Shown piece after piece: positions 1-10,265 of a stretch of 64,000 nt of DNA. The translations under genes were made by a program, and so were the position numbers. Origin of the DNA: Candidatus Altimarinota bacterium (GTDB taxonomy: Bacteria > Patescibacteriota > Gracilibacteria > CAIRYL01). The stretch spans positions 992,001 through 1,056,000 of the forward strand of contig OZ252287.1 in the NCBI GenBank assembly GCA_965250085.1, in the 5' to 3' direction. The first letter of the stretch is position 1. The number at the start of each line of letters is the position of its first letter. The notes under the pieces are model-generated. The model was not told where the DNA came from and searched no databases. It saw only the letters and a list, made by a program, of their open reading frames with translations.

Positions 1-2
1 AT

Positions 3-920
3 AAAATTGAATTTTTGGTACACGCAGGAAAAAGTTATGGCGCTCTTGCCGCCGGTATTGAAGGATTTAAGAGATCTCCAGGGCATCCTCTGGCAAAACT
101 CACAGTAGCCATTGCAGTAGCAGGAACCACTTGGATTGCAGGAGATTATGTGAGTGGAAAACTGGACAAGTGGATGCCCAATAGAAATCAGGATGTTACT
201 GGATGGATTCAGGCTCAAAGAGGATTTGAGTCACTCGGAATGACGCTTGGCGGAGGAGCGATGTCTCTCATAGACCTTGGATTTGAATCTGCTGGGATCA
301 AGGGCGGAGTAGATGAACACATAGATCCATTAGAGTATCTCAGTAAAACGGTAACCCTCGGCTCCCGATTTCGGAATTATAGAGAAGGAGTGTTTGCAGA
401 ATACCTGACTCGAAATATGACAAAGCTGAAACAAGAAACACAAAAGACTCTCGATGAATACAATCGTCAACTGGGACGTCTTGATGAAGAATTGCAACAT
501 ACACAAGTTGATGGTTGGGAAAAGCGGGCTGATTACCTTAGAGAACAAGCGATACCAAAGCTCACATCATTTATCGATGGCACTTGGGTCGAAGAGAAGC
601 AATTAGAGCTTCTGATACAGCAAGATATGATCCTGCAGCCAGCAACAGATGCATTCATTCAGAAAGCTGAAGAGATTGATCCAGAACAGGGGAAAGATTT
701 TATTCCACATCTTCTCAATCGAATTGAAAGAAATTCAGCACTTGTGACATCGGACTCAGAAAATGTACTTTGGGGAAAATTGCTCGAAACATCAGTTGAA
801 ACAACGGGACACAATATAAACTTCAGAGATTATGTTTCCTACTACACACTTTTGAGCAGTCAACTTCGAAAAATTGGAGAGATTCAAAAAGAAGGGAATA
901 TTTCTGGAAAAAGACTGTAA
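3..920 (+). CDS. Hypothetical protein, 5'-partial, with hydrophobic Gly-rich segments and a coiled-coil region
   Basis: Frame is open back to the window edge and ends TAA at 920; no recognisable motif. Confidence 0.7.
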   Translation, partial: KIEFLVHAGKSYGALAAGIEGFKRSPGHPLAKLTVAIAVAGTTWIAGDYVSGKLDKWMPNRNQDVTGWIQAQRGFESLGMTLGGGAMSLIDLGFESAGIKGGVDEHIDPLEYLSKTVTLGSRFRNYREGVFAEYLTRNMTKLKQETQKTLDEYNRQLGRLDEELQHTQVDGWEKRADYLREQAIPKLTSFIDGTWVEEKQLELLIQQDMILQPATDAFIQKAEEIDPEQGKDFIPHLLNRIERNSALVTSDSENVLWGKLLETSVETTGHNINFRDYVSYYTLLSSQLRKIGEIQKEGNISGKRL

Positions 921-996
921 TTAAAAAAAGAAAAACGTTCCTCTCGACAAGAAATTATGACACACTTGGTGAGCGTTTTTAGGGCAGTCAAATAAC

Positions 997-1479
997 ATGA
1001 TAGAGGCACTTATCGAATGGGCGAAAGAAATGATGCTGGAGTACGGGCTCTGGTTTTTGGCGTTTTTTAGCGTTACAGAAGCTTTTATTCAGCCCATTCC
1101 AGTAGAGCCGGTGTTAGCTGCTTCAGTAGGATTTAATATTGCTTCTCCTCTCGTGATACTTCTGGTTGCCGGTGGAGCTTCTGTGCTCGGGGGATGTATT
1201 GGATTTCTTTTGGGACATAAATATGGACACCCAGCATTTCTCTATGTATTTCGAAAAAATGGAAAAAAATGGATGAGCACAGGAGAAATTTTTTTTGAAA
1301 AATGGGGAATATGGGCAGTATTTTTCTGTGCTTTTACTCCTATTCCATTCAAAGTGGCAGCATGGCTTGCAGGTATTTTTGAAATGTCGTTTCCAGGATT
1401 TCTTCTTGCGGCTGCACTAGGACGATTTTTGCGTTTTGCACTCGTAATTTATGGATTAGATTTTTTCTTTGGATTATGA
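997..1479 (+). CDS. YqaA/DedA (VTT-domain) family membrane protein
   Basis: FFSVTEAFIQPIPVE, AFTPIPFKV and GRFLRF motifs; stop overlaps uppP start (ATGA). Confidence 0.85.
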   Translation: MIEALIEWAKEMMLEYGLWFLAFFSVTEAFIQPIPVEPVLAASVGFNIASPLVILLVAGGASVLGGCIGFLLGHKYGHPAFLYVFRKNGKKWMSTGEIFFEKWGIWAVFFCAFTPIPFKVAAWLAGIFEMSFPGFLLAAALGRFLRFALVIYGLDFFFGL

Positions 1480-2234
1480 GTTTTTTTGAGTCTATTATCC
1501 TTGGCATAGTACAGGGAATTACAGAATTTCTACCGGTATCCTCTTCCGCGCATCTCTGGATATTCGAGGAGCTTGTTTTTCAGAAAAATTCCAATCTGGC
1601 CCTGGAAGCATTTTTACATTTTGCAACCCTGCTCGCGGTAGTTATCTTTTTTCGAAAAAAACTTTGGAGTCTTTGTAGAGGATTGTTCTCTTCACAAAAA
1701 GATCGTGTGTTTGTAGGGAAGCTCGCACTCGCAACAGCTTGTACCGTCATTGTTGCCCTTTTTCTCAAGCCCTTTTTAGAATCGGAACTTACTAAAAACG
1801 TAGTTATCATTACTCTTCTGGTTACGGGTATATTGGTATTTTTTTCTGACAAATACTCTCTCTCGTCCATAAAAAATTTTTCATGGAAAACAGCTCTTAT
1901 TCTTGGCATTGTGCAAGGTGTTGCAGTGATACCAGGGATTTCTCGATCAGGAATCACCATTGCACTCCTTTTGTTTCTGGGTTTCGAGCGAAAAAAAGCA
2001 GTAGAAATTTCCTTTCTTCTCTCTATTCCTGTGATATTGGGAGCATTTGTTTTTCTTTTCTCAGATCTGACATCCGCAAATTTTTCTGCCCCCACTCTGT
2101 TTTTCAGTGCAACGGCAGCATGCGTATCGGCAATTTTTGCTATTTGGGGAATGCTTCAATACATAGAAAAATATTGGAAATATTTTGCTCTTTGGTGCTT
2201 TGGCGTTGCAGGAATGCTCCTGACATTCTCTTAG
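1476..2234 (+). CDS. uppP: Undecaprenyl-diphosphate phosphatase
   Basis: LGIVQGITEFLPVSSSAHL and PGISRSG motifs. Confidence 0.95.
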   Translation: MSFFESIILGIVQGITEFLPVSSSAHLWIFEELVFQKNSNLALEAFLHFATLLAVVIFFRKKLWSLCRGLFSSQKDRVFVGKLALATACTVIVALFLKPFLESELTKNVVIITLLVTGILVFFSDKYSLSSIKNFSWKTALILGIVQGVAVIPGISRSGITIALLLFLGFERKKAVEISFLLSIPVILGAFVFLFSDLTSANFSAPTLFFSATAACVSAIFAIWGMLQYIEKYWKYFALWCFGVAGMLLTFS

Positions 2235-5200
2235 ATATTTTCTGCCAGAAAAAAGAATTCATACACTCCAGGAAGAGCATTTTCCATTTTGAGTCTTATC
2301 AGCTCATGATCAGCGCCTTCAAAGATGACTCCTTTTTCGATTGAAAGCGGAGCGACAAATTTTTTACCCTGAGGAAGTATCTCGGATATGTTCACAAGAG
2401 GGGTCTCTTCGGACACGAAAATAAGCAGTCTGCCTTTTATCTCGTCCCCTCTGGAATCTTTATCTTCCAAGAAAAGGAGAAGAGTTTCAAAAAATTCAGA
2501 AGACGCTGCTCTTTCTTTCCCGACTTCAGCAGTTTGTATTTCTGCGAGTTTAGAATTTGAAATTCTAAAATCTTGAGAAACTTCTCCCACAAGTGTGTCA
2601 TCCGTGAGAGCAATAGCATATATGGTGTATTCAGTACTTTCTCCTGGAAGCAAAAAGGAAAATTCGGATCTTCCATTTTCATCAGTAGAAATATTTGGAG
2701 CAACAAAATGAGTATGAAGAGATGGGAAGATTTCAGTTTTTTCCTGCACATGTTCTTGCTTTGGTGCAGAAGAGTTTATCACTCCAAGGGTATCTGAAGT
2801 TTGGACGTCATGAAAACGAGTACTCCAAAACACACCTCCCACATCCTGGTGCCGAATTTTTTCTGAGGGCGTGTCTGTGACAAACACAGATATATGTGAG
2901 GGAACACCAGTCCCATAGACGTCTTTTGTTTTTATGTTCATACGAACTATATTCTGAGAATTGATGCGCACGTTTTTTGCTTCAAGAGTTATATCAATTT
3001 TTTTCTCCTTTGTGCTCATGGGAAGTGATGTTAGTACTGATGCAACTTTTGGAATAAAACGTACAGGGTTCATGCCGGAAGTAATTCGTGAAAGGAGGCT
3101 CGCCTTTTGTTCTTCAGGAATAGTATCGCCCAGTTTTTGTATTTCTTCTTCGAGCATTCCACTCTCTTTTTCAAGAGAGACAATCTCTTCCTGCACAGCA
3201 ACCAGTCGTTCGCGTGCTGTTTCCTCGCGAACAGTCGCCTGTCTCAGCTCGAGATCAGCAGCATTAAACGGAAGGATTAAAAGATCTTTCTGAAATACTT
3301 CCCATTTTTTTTGAAGAGAAACCTCTTCTTCTTTTTTTTCAAAAATAACTCTTTGTGTCATCATTTTTTGATACGCTATATCTTGAAATTCGTTCAAATT
3401 CTCCTTTCCCTGTACGGCAGAAATCGAAACAGTAGTACTGGGAAGCAAATTTTTGAGGACCGGTATCTCTAAGATATTTTCTGCATTCAGAGTGAGTATT
3501 TGTGTCTCAAGAATGTCTTCTTGTTCTAAAGAAAACAAGGCATGTACTGGCTTCAGAAATGGCGATACTACAAAAAGCTCTGCAGTATCTCCTACACTAT
3601 ATTCCTCTTGATCAAAGGCGACTGTAAGCTGAGGAGAAGTTTTTTTCTCTTCAAAAGGAATCTCTGAAAAGTGTCCTGACTCGATGTCGCCTATGAAGAA
3701 ATACTTTGAAAAAAATAATGAAGAGTCCACATTCCCAGAGAGAAAATATTCCCCGGAAGAGAGAGATGAATCGAGAGAAATACTCCCCCAGAAAGCTCCA
3801 TTTTTATCTACAGGCACGGTTATGGCATGAAATTCTTCCATAGATTCGTTCTGAAGAACAACAGTCACCTCTTCCGCCTCGGAGAATTGGAAAAGACTCC
3901 CTTCCCTTTGCCGTAGAGCACCTGTAAAGAAAACATGATCATTGGGCTGATAGAGAAACCGATCAGAGGTGAGAAATCCAGAAATGTTTGAAGGACTTGA
4001 TTTTTCTAATAGAGCAGATTCGTTTATAAGTTCAGGGCTCATAGCAAAAGAAGCAAAAGCACCATTTTTCTTTCCCAGAATAAAATACTCCTGATGAGTT
4101 TCGTTGCTCCTGGCGACAGAAGCAAGACCATCCGTATCGCTTAAGAGAGTATCGAAGAGAGTAAAGGTATCAGCGTCCTTTGCGAATATATGGAACTCCA
4201 TATTGGACATTGGCTTTCCTGATTGAAAATCTGTTGCCCAAAGAAGAAGAGATTTTAGAGATTGTTTCAGAACTATTTCACTTTCCGTAACAGCAAAAAT
4301 TCCAGTGAGAGGGTCTTCTGAAGGCAAAAAAGAAGCCTCATATGCATAGATACCTGATACTATTTCGAGTGTCTCGGGAAAGGGAATACTCTCTTTTTTT
4401 GGATGAGAGTCTGAGTCTAAGGAAGCCTTCCAAAGAGTTCTCTCACGAGGAGAACCATCTGTGCATGGATTCCCTAAAGAAGAAATATTGAGCTCATGTT
4501 GAATCAATTCATCTTCCGATATTTTACAAACGGAAAAGGAGACATCTCCTTTAAAATTACGGTGCTCAGTAGTGATCTCAACAAATCCTCCTAAGTCAAC
4601 TGCGGATACATGCTTCCCAGGTACAGGAGAAAGAATACGGAACTCAGGCACATCTTCTCTAACCGTAAACATTTCTTGCACACTTTCTGCAAGTACTTCA
4701 TGAGGAAAGCTTTCACTCTGTAAAGCTGAATCAATAAACCAAGTATATTGCTGATTTTTTAAGAAAGGGGCATGTATTTGATAGGTATACTCTCCCTTTT
4801 TTTCTTCCAAGAGTTTTATATCCATATTTTCTGGCGCAATATCTGGAGAAAAGGAAAGATGTTGCAGTACTTGTTCAGGAAGAACCCTTCTGTTAAATGT
4901 GAGTGCCATAGCATTATCTGTAGTCATCGCTCCCTTCTCTTTTGGCCAAAAAGCAGTCATCCTAAAATCAGAAAGAGTCATGAAAGAAAAAATGGATTTG
5001 GCAGTGCTCACCTTATTTCCCGTTCCACTTTTCACACCTGGTGACACTGTGAGATGGACTTCTGCACTTTTAGGAAAATATGGATCGAAGCTCACAAAAA
5101 ATGTATTTAGAGCTCTGTCTTGATCCCACTCTACTTTGAGATTTCGCGATGTATCGGAAGGGAGATCAGGAGTGATAGACAAATGATTAAAGAAGGACTG

Positions 5201-6082
5201 ACTTTCAACCGCTTGATTCCATGTCACTTGGATACGTGATGTGGGAGCAATATTTTCAGAATCATATTCCGGCGTAATACCCAGAATTTTTGGCTCTTCT
5301 GTCTCCAAGTGCCATATGATTTCTTGATCTAAGTGGCTTCCATCAGCAAAAAAATTGTCTGTAGAAATAGTCGCAGTGAGAGTGTTTCCAAAAGGAAAAG
5401 CCTGTTCTTCAGGGATAAATTCTAAAACATGAGTGCTGAGTAATTGGAATTTTCCAGAAAGAGAGGGAGAAAAATGGATAACATCAGAAAAATTAGATGA
5501 AAACTGAGGAAATTGAGACACTTGTTTTTCAAAAACTAATGGTCGATTAAAAACAAGCACAATAGAATCATGGGGATTGAACGAAGGGAAAGAAGAAGGA
5601 TCAGAACCTCCTAAAGAAGTGATTTCATTTTGAATACTTTGCACATAATCCCATTCTGCTGAGGAGATAGGAGAAATAAGTTGGACCCGAGGAGGTCCTA
5701 CGACAGTAAATTTTTGTGAAAAATTAGTTTTTATATGTTTCCCAAACTTGTTTTTTGCCCCTGTTCCAATCTGCACTTCAAATACTTCATTTTCGACGAA
5801 AGAATCTTTTGGTTCAAAAACAAAGGAAGTAGGATTCTCCCAAACAAAATCTCCATGTCTCTCAGGGGAAAGGGTGAAGGCGTTTTCTACACTGCCTTGG
5901 TTCATGGATTCAGAAAACTCAAATCGCAAAGGAGCATTTACAGATATCTGATACATATCGCCCTGTGGAGCATTCCAAAACATGACAGGCGACTTTATGC
6001 TCACAAAAAAGAGAACGATCCCTCCTAAAAAAAAGAAAAAAGCGAGAAGAGCAAAAAGAAGTGTTTTTCGAGAGTATCGCAT
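2231..6082 (-). CDS. Membrane-anchored Ig-like (Big_5) / alpha-2-macroglobulin-like protein, C-terminally short
   Basis: N-terminal TM; Big_5-like repeats (FEFSESMN, VTWNQAVE, LTFNRRV); TSDRFLYQPNDHVFFTG (MG2), FDQEEYSVGDTAEL, TDENGRSEFSFLLP; start at MRYSRK (6082) preferred over 6121. Confidence 0.75.
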   Translation of the reverse strand: MRYSRKTLLFALLAFFFFLGGIVLFFVSIKSPVMFWNAPQGDMYQISVNAPLRFEFSESMNQGSVENAFTLSPERHGDFVWENPTSFVFEPKDSFVENEVFEVQIGTGAKNKFGKHIKTNFSQKFTVVGPPRVQLISPISSAEWDYVQSIQNEITSLGGSDPSSFPSFNPHDSIVLVFNRPLVFEKQVSQFPQFSSNFSDVIHFSPSLSGKFQLLSTHVLEFIPEEQAFPFGNTLTATISTDNFFADGSHLDQEIIWHLETEEPKILGITPEYDSENIAPTSRIQVTWNQAVESQSFFNHLSITPDLPSDTSRNLKVEWDQDRALNTFFVSFDPYFPKSAEVHLTVSPGVKSGTGNKVSTAKSIFSFMTLSDFRMTAFWPKEKGAMTTDNAMALTFNRRVLPEQVLQHLSFSPDIAPENMDIKLLEEKKGEYTYQIHAPFLKNQQYTWFIDSALQSESFPHEVLAESVQEMFTVREDVPEFRILSPVPGKHVSAVDLGGFVEITTEHRNFKGDVSFSVCKISEDELIQHELNISSLGNPCTDGSPRERTLWKASLDSDSHPKKESIPFPETLEIVSGIYAYEASFLPSEDPLTGIFAVTESEIVLKQSLKSLLLWATDFQSGKPMSNMEFHIFAKDADTFTLFDTLLSDTDGLASVARSNETHQEYFILGKKNGAFASFAMSPELINESALLEKSSPSNISGFLTSDRFLYQPNDHVFFTGALRQREGSLFQFSEAEEVTVVLQNESMEEFHAITVPVDKNGAFWGSISLDSSLSSGEYFLSGNVDSSLFFSKYFFIGDIESGHFSEIPFEEKKTSPQLTVAFDQEEYSVGDTAELFVVSPFLKPVHALFSLEQEDILETQILTLNAENILEIPVLKNLLPSTTVSISAVQGKENLNEFQDIAYQKMMTQRVIFEKKEEEVSLQKKWEVFQKDLLILPFNAADLELRQATVREETARERLVAVQEEIVSLEKESGMLEEEIQKLGDTIPEEQKASLLSRITSGMNPVRFIPKVASVLTSLPMSTKEKKIDITLEAKNVRINSQNIVRMNIKTKDVYGTGVPSHISVFVTDTPSEKIRHQDVGGVFWSTRFHDVQTSDTLGVINSSAPKQEHVQEKTEIFPSLHTHFVAPNISTDENGRSEFSFLLPGESTEYTIYAIALTDDTLVGEVSQDFRISNSKLAEIQTAEVGKERAASSEFFETLLLFLEDKDSRGDEIKGRLLIFVSEETPLVNISEILPQGKKFVAPLSIEKGVIFEGADHELIRLKMENALPGVYEFFFLAENI

Positions 6083-6153
6083 ATTTCGTGTTACGAGGGA
6101 GATATACAAAATGTACCACAAGAGAGAAATGGAATTGTATCTGTTTAAAAATA

Positions 6154-6627
6154 TTAAGTAGCAGTAAGGGCAATTGCCAAAGCATCAGCCGCGTCATCTG
6201 GCTCTGGCAGAGCATCAAGAGAAAGTATTTTCTGGACCATGGTTTGTATTTGAAGCTTAGGAGCTCCACCATTACCGGTAACCGCTTTTTTTACCGCTGT
6301 TGGTAGAAATTCTTGTATAGGAATTTTAAAAAATTCACTTCGTTCAAGAATGATGCCGCGAGCTTGCGCTACCAGAAGGCCACTCGTCACATTTTTCACA
6401 AATACCAGTTTTTCAACAGCAATCAAGTCAGGTTTCCACATGTGAATGATTTCTTCAAAGTCTTCTCGTATTTGACAGAGTCTTTTGGGAAGAGAAGAAG
6501 TTTTTCGAGTTATGAATATCCCAAAGTCTTTGGAGATACAAGAATTTTTAGTCACTTCGATTACTCCAAAACCAGTTTTTTCCAATCCAGGATCAATGCC
6601 GAGTATAATTTTTGATTTTTTTTGCAT
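6154..6627 (-). CDS. ruvC: Holliday junction endonuclease RuvC
   Basis: ILGIDPGL, AVEKL, VKKAVTGNG, DDAADALAIA motifs. Confidence 0.95.
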   Translation of the reverse strand: MQKKSKIILGIDPGLEKTGFGVIEVTKNSCISKDFGIFITRKTSSLPKRLCQIREDFEEIIHMWKPDLIAVEKLVFVKNVTSGLLVAQARGIILERSEFFKIPIQEFLPTAVKKAVTGNGGAPKLQIQTMVQKILSLDALPEPDDAADALAIALTAT

Positions 6628-6729
6628 GTTGCAAGCAAATTTTCTGCAATTTTCTTAAAAAAAGCGACAGAATATCATTGATAATACCGTAAGAATATGC
6701 TAAAATAGAGGGAAAAATAGAAAAAACAT

Positions 6730-9570
6730 ATGCTTCATGAAGAAATGCCACATTCTCAACCTTCTCCAGGAAAAAATATCCTTCCTGATATAAATTCTCA
6801 CGAGAAAAAATCTGCTCCTCAAAATCTTGATGAACTTCTGAAAGCCCCGCGTAAAGAAGCCCAAACTTCTTTATTCACGAAAAAGAGAAAAAATCATAAG
6901 CAAAAAAGAAAAGCAAAAGAACGGGATAACTCTTTTGAGTTTTTGAATGTTTCTTATTCTCCTCTTTACAGGTCCTTTCGCGCAATTTTTGGCTTCCTTC
7001 TTCTGATGCTTACGATTTTTATGGGGGTGGTTTTTGCAAAAGAACAAGTTGATGCAGAAAGATCGATCTTACTTTCTATACGAAGAGGGCAAACGTTTGT
7101 TTCTGATGAATTTCAAAATAAAGAAATACAAGTGAGAGGGACCGAATACACACTTTCTTCTGGAGAAAAAGTCAGAACGGAAGGAGAAGAATCAGAAATT
7201 CTTTTGGATGTAGCAGGTCAAGCAGAGATACGAGGGTATGGGGCAACAGACTTTATTTTTAAGAAAGATGGAGGAGTAATTACTATCGATCATTTTGCAG
7301 GAGACATATGGGTATTTGCTCCTCAGACAGTAAAGATTTCCTTTCAGCCATATTCTTTTACACTTCAAGATGGATCGGCGCGTTTTGTTGCTCAAGAAAA
7401 TATGATGATAGTAAAAGCTTGGGAAAACAGTGTGACAGCTGTTTTGCGGGACGAAGAGACAGAAGAAGAGTTTCAAATCGTTTTAGCTCCTATGAGCCAG
7501 GCAATATTTCCAATTTCAGAAAAGAATCTTCCAGAAATGGATGTTCTCAAGCAGCTTAGATTCTCAAAACTTTTAAAAGAATTTCATATCACGAGCATCT
7601 CAGAAGACAGAAAAGATAAAAAAAACTTGCGTCGTGACGAGTATCTTTCTCAAGAAGTTGCTCGAAGTATATTGCAGAATGGAAAAAAAACTGGGGACAT
7701 TAGAGAATTTCTTAATAGATATTTTGCATTTTTCCCTTCTCGCCGAAAGGCAGCAGCAGAGAGAACTGTTGAAGGTCAATATACAGCGCTTTTGGAATCG
7801 ATTTTCTTAAAAACATTTCAAGAAAACCAAAATATAGATTTTTCTGGAAGCAAAGGAGACCTTCTGAGCTTCCTTTGGAAATTACAGATGGTGGAGGATG
7901 TCTCTCTCGCAACGGATTTACGACATCAAACGGAGGATGTCATCCTTTTACAAAGCAGGGAAGACCAGAGACCTCAATTTGAGAAAATAGCACTGCAAAA
8001 TGCAACCCATGCTCTTCAAGAGGCGTTCACAAGGCAAGATGCTCAGTGGGCAGACCTTGAAATACAGAGAATCCAATATTTGTGGCCCAATATCCAGAAA
8101 AGACATTCAAAAGACCCATCTTTTTTGAGCTTTTATCGAGAAGTATTTTTCAGATTATTTCTTTCATATCCAGAACAAGTAAGTGAACGGCTTTTTGCTT
8201 TTTTAGATTCGCTTGATACAAATGAAGTTGCTGTAGCATTTGGAACAGAGAGAGCAACTACCCTCATTGAGATTATCCAGAAAAATCTTTCACTTTCTCA
8301 AGCTCTTACGGTTTCAAAAAACCTTACCTTAGCGCAGGATATCTTGAGAAATGCAGATAAAAAGATAGATCGTATTGCGGTACTTGAGGATGACCCCTTA
8401 TATCGCAACACGCTTCAGCAAAGAGAAAATGTAATGATACGACTTAAAGTATGCCGCATATTTGATCAATGCGCAGATGCAGATTTTGCTAAATGGAGAA
8501 AAAAACAAAAAGTTTTAGCATGCCATATTGATAATATTTGCACCTCAAATGGATTTTCTGAGTGGCTCAGAGAATATGTGTCAGATGGAACACTTAAGGC
8601 ATCTCCAATTGAGTTTGATGAGACACCAGAAGACATAGATGTCGCGATTATAGGACAGCAAATGTTACAAGCAGCTGAAATCGAGATACACAGTGGATAT
8701 ACTACAGACAACAACTTTTTCTTTATCTCAAAAGCCATAACAAAAAATGGGTTTGAGTTCTCAGGACGCCTTTCCGTAGAGCACGGATACTTGGAAGATG
8801 TACTCTTGCTCCAAGATCCTCAAGTAGAAGTTTCAGGAAGACATACTCTTCAGACACTGGAGAGAGCTATTTCTTTTACTCTTTTTCCAGAAGAAGAATA
8901 TGAGCCACCTTCAGAAGAAATATTGTCTTCAGCACCGACTCTTGACCCGGTGGTTGCAGATGTGACCATTCGTAATCTCCAGAAAGAATTGGCAGAACAG
9001 AACATCATCGTACTACTCATAGATATGAATCCTCTCAGCACTCGAAATGTTTTGATAGACCATGCTATCGTGGGGGAACAACAAATCCCAGTACAATTTG
9101 AGTATGTGTTTCGAAGTTCTACAGGAGAACATATCTTGAAAAACATAATTCTCAAAAGCTATTCAAATGTATCAACAGAAGAAGTCGCTCTTAGCAGAGC
9201 CGTTCAGCACATTTATATTCTCGATGAACAAGGCCAAAGAAATAATACTCTTATTCAAATGGCCAGAGGGCTTCTCGTAGATGCCCGTTTCCAAATATCT
9301 GAAGAAGACTTCTCAATGAAGGTTGAAGAAAATCATATTGTTTTTTCTGCAGTCAAAGATATGTATAACAACAGAATTAAAGGAGAATTAGAAGTCGAAA
9401 CAGCCGTATTTCTTGAGGTGCAAAATATGGATAACTCATGGTCAGCACAAAATATTACTCTCAGTGGATACGAAAACTTTTTAAACCCTCCTGAGGCCGT
9501 CGAAAATGTCTTAGGGAACGTGTCTGAGGACGACTTGGCTCTTATAGATGATATTTTGAATCAAAACTAG
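6730..9570 (+). CDS. Large single-pass membrane hypothetical protein (FecR-like beta region, helical middle, repeated C-terminal domains)
   Basis: 946-aa ORF; TM near aa 85-103; LSSGEKVRT-like segment resembles FecR. Confidence 0.65.
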   Translation: MLHEEMPHSQPSPGKNILPDINSHEKKSAPQNLDELLKAPRKEAQTSLFTKKRKNHKQKRKAKERDNSFEFLNVSYSPLYRSFRAIFGFLLLMLTIFMGVVFAKEQVDAERSILLSIRRGQTFVSDEFQNKEIQVRGTEYTLSSGEKVRTEGEESEILLDVAGQAEIRGYGATDFIFKKDGGVITIDHFAGDIWVFAPQTVKISFQPYSFTLQDGSARFVAQENMMIVKAWENSVTAVLRDEETEEEFQIVLAPMSQAIFPISEKNLPEMDVLKQLRFSKLLKEFHITSISEDRKDKKNLRRDEYLSQEVARSILQNGKKTGDIREFLNRYFAFFPSRRKAAAERTVEGQYTALLESIFLKTFQENQNIDFSGSKGDLLSFLWKLQMVEDVSLATDLRHQTEDVILLQSREDQRPQFEKIALQNATHALQEAFTRQDAQWADLEIQRIQYLWPNIQKRHSKDPSFLSFYREVFFRLFLSYPEQVSERLFAFLDSLDTNEVAVAFGTERATTLIEIIQKNLSLSQALTVSKNLTLAQDILRNADKKIDRIAVLEDDPLYRNTLQQRENVMIRLKVCRIFDQCADADFAKWRKKQKVLACHIDNICTSNGFSEWLREYVSDGTLKASPIEFDETPEDIDVAIIGQQMLQAAEIEIHSGYTTDNNFFFISKAITKNGFEFSGRLSVEHGYLEDVLLLQDPQVEVSGRHTLQTLERAISFTLFPEEEYEPPSEEILSSAPTLDPVVADVTIRNLQKELAEQNIIVLLIDMNPLSTRNVLIDHAIVGEQQIPVQFEYVFRSSTGEHILKNIILKSYSNVSTEEVALSRAVQHIYILDEQGQRNNTLIQMARGLLVDARFQISEEDFSMKVEENHIVFSAVKDMYNNRIKGELEVETAVFLEVQNMDNSWSAQNITLSGYENFLNPPEAVENVLGNVSEDDLALIDDILNQN

Positions 9571-9637
9571 AACAGGGAAGATCACTCTTTCTTTTTCTTA
9601 TTTTGCCATACAATGTGTAAGGTTCTTATTGTAAAAT

Positions 9638-10075
9638 ATGAATATTCTAGCGCTTGATCTCGGAGAAAAAAGAATTGGCATTGCCCATGGGAGTACTCGA
9701 GAACGAATTGCTTTTCCTACTCAAGTTATTGAAAAAGAAATTTCCACGAGAAAAGAGGATATTTTTAAAGAAATTGTAGAGATCTGTCATAACAGACAGA
9801 TACAAAAAACTTTGATAGGACACCCTGCTCCACTCTCAGAAATTGGATCCCATCAAACACAAACGTGTCGTGATTTTGCAGATGATCTAGAAGATTTTTT
9901 TGTTTTTCAAAAAGAGGATATTTCAGTGGAATTGGCAGATGAAACATTTTCCACCAAAATAGCTCAAAAAAAACTCAAGGATATCGGGTATTCCTCAAGG
10001 GAGCAAAAGTATAAAAAAGACGCAATTGCAGCGGCAGAATTCTTACAAATGTATTTTGATCTTCAAAAAGCCTGA
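9638..10075 (+). CDS. ruvX: YqgF/RuvX family pre-16S rRNA nuclease
   Basis: ILALDLGEKRIGIA, DETFST, DAIAAAEFLQ. Confidence 0.92.
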   Translation: MNILALDLGEKRIGIAHGSTRERIAFPTQVIEKEISTRKEDIFKEIVEICHNRQIQKTLIGHPAPLSEIGSHQTQTCRDFADDLEDFFVFQKEDISVELADETFSTKIAQKKLKDIGYSSREQKYKKDAIAAAEFLQMYFDLQKA

Positions 10076-10081
10076 CAAAAA

Positions 10082-10158
10082 TGGTGTCCCCGATGCGATT
10101 CGAACGCACGACCTTCAGATCCGCAATCTGACGCTCTATCCAGCTGAGCTACGGGAAC
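10082..10158 (-). tRNA. tRNA-Arg (anticodon GCG)
   Basis: Reverse complement GTTCCCGTAGCTCAGCTGGATAGAGCG-TCAGA TTGCGGA TCTGA-...GTTCGAATC...ACCA folds as a cloverleaf. Confidence 0.93.
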
Positions 10159-10170
10159 ATGATTCGTGAA

Positions 10171-10265
10171 GAATGGTCCTTCGACAAGCTCAGGACATTC
10201 GACTTTTCACGCATTATTCGGTCGGAGACCATGAGCGAATCTGAGGTTGTCGAAAGCGAGTCGAA
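10171..10265. repeat. Palindromic (REP/REPIN-like) element at the tRNA-Glu 3' end
   Basis: Inverted pairs TCGACAAGCTCAG / CTGAGGTTGTCGA and CATTCGACT / AGTCGAATG; related copy at the tRNA-Leu 3' end. Confidence 0.7.
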
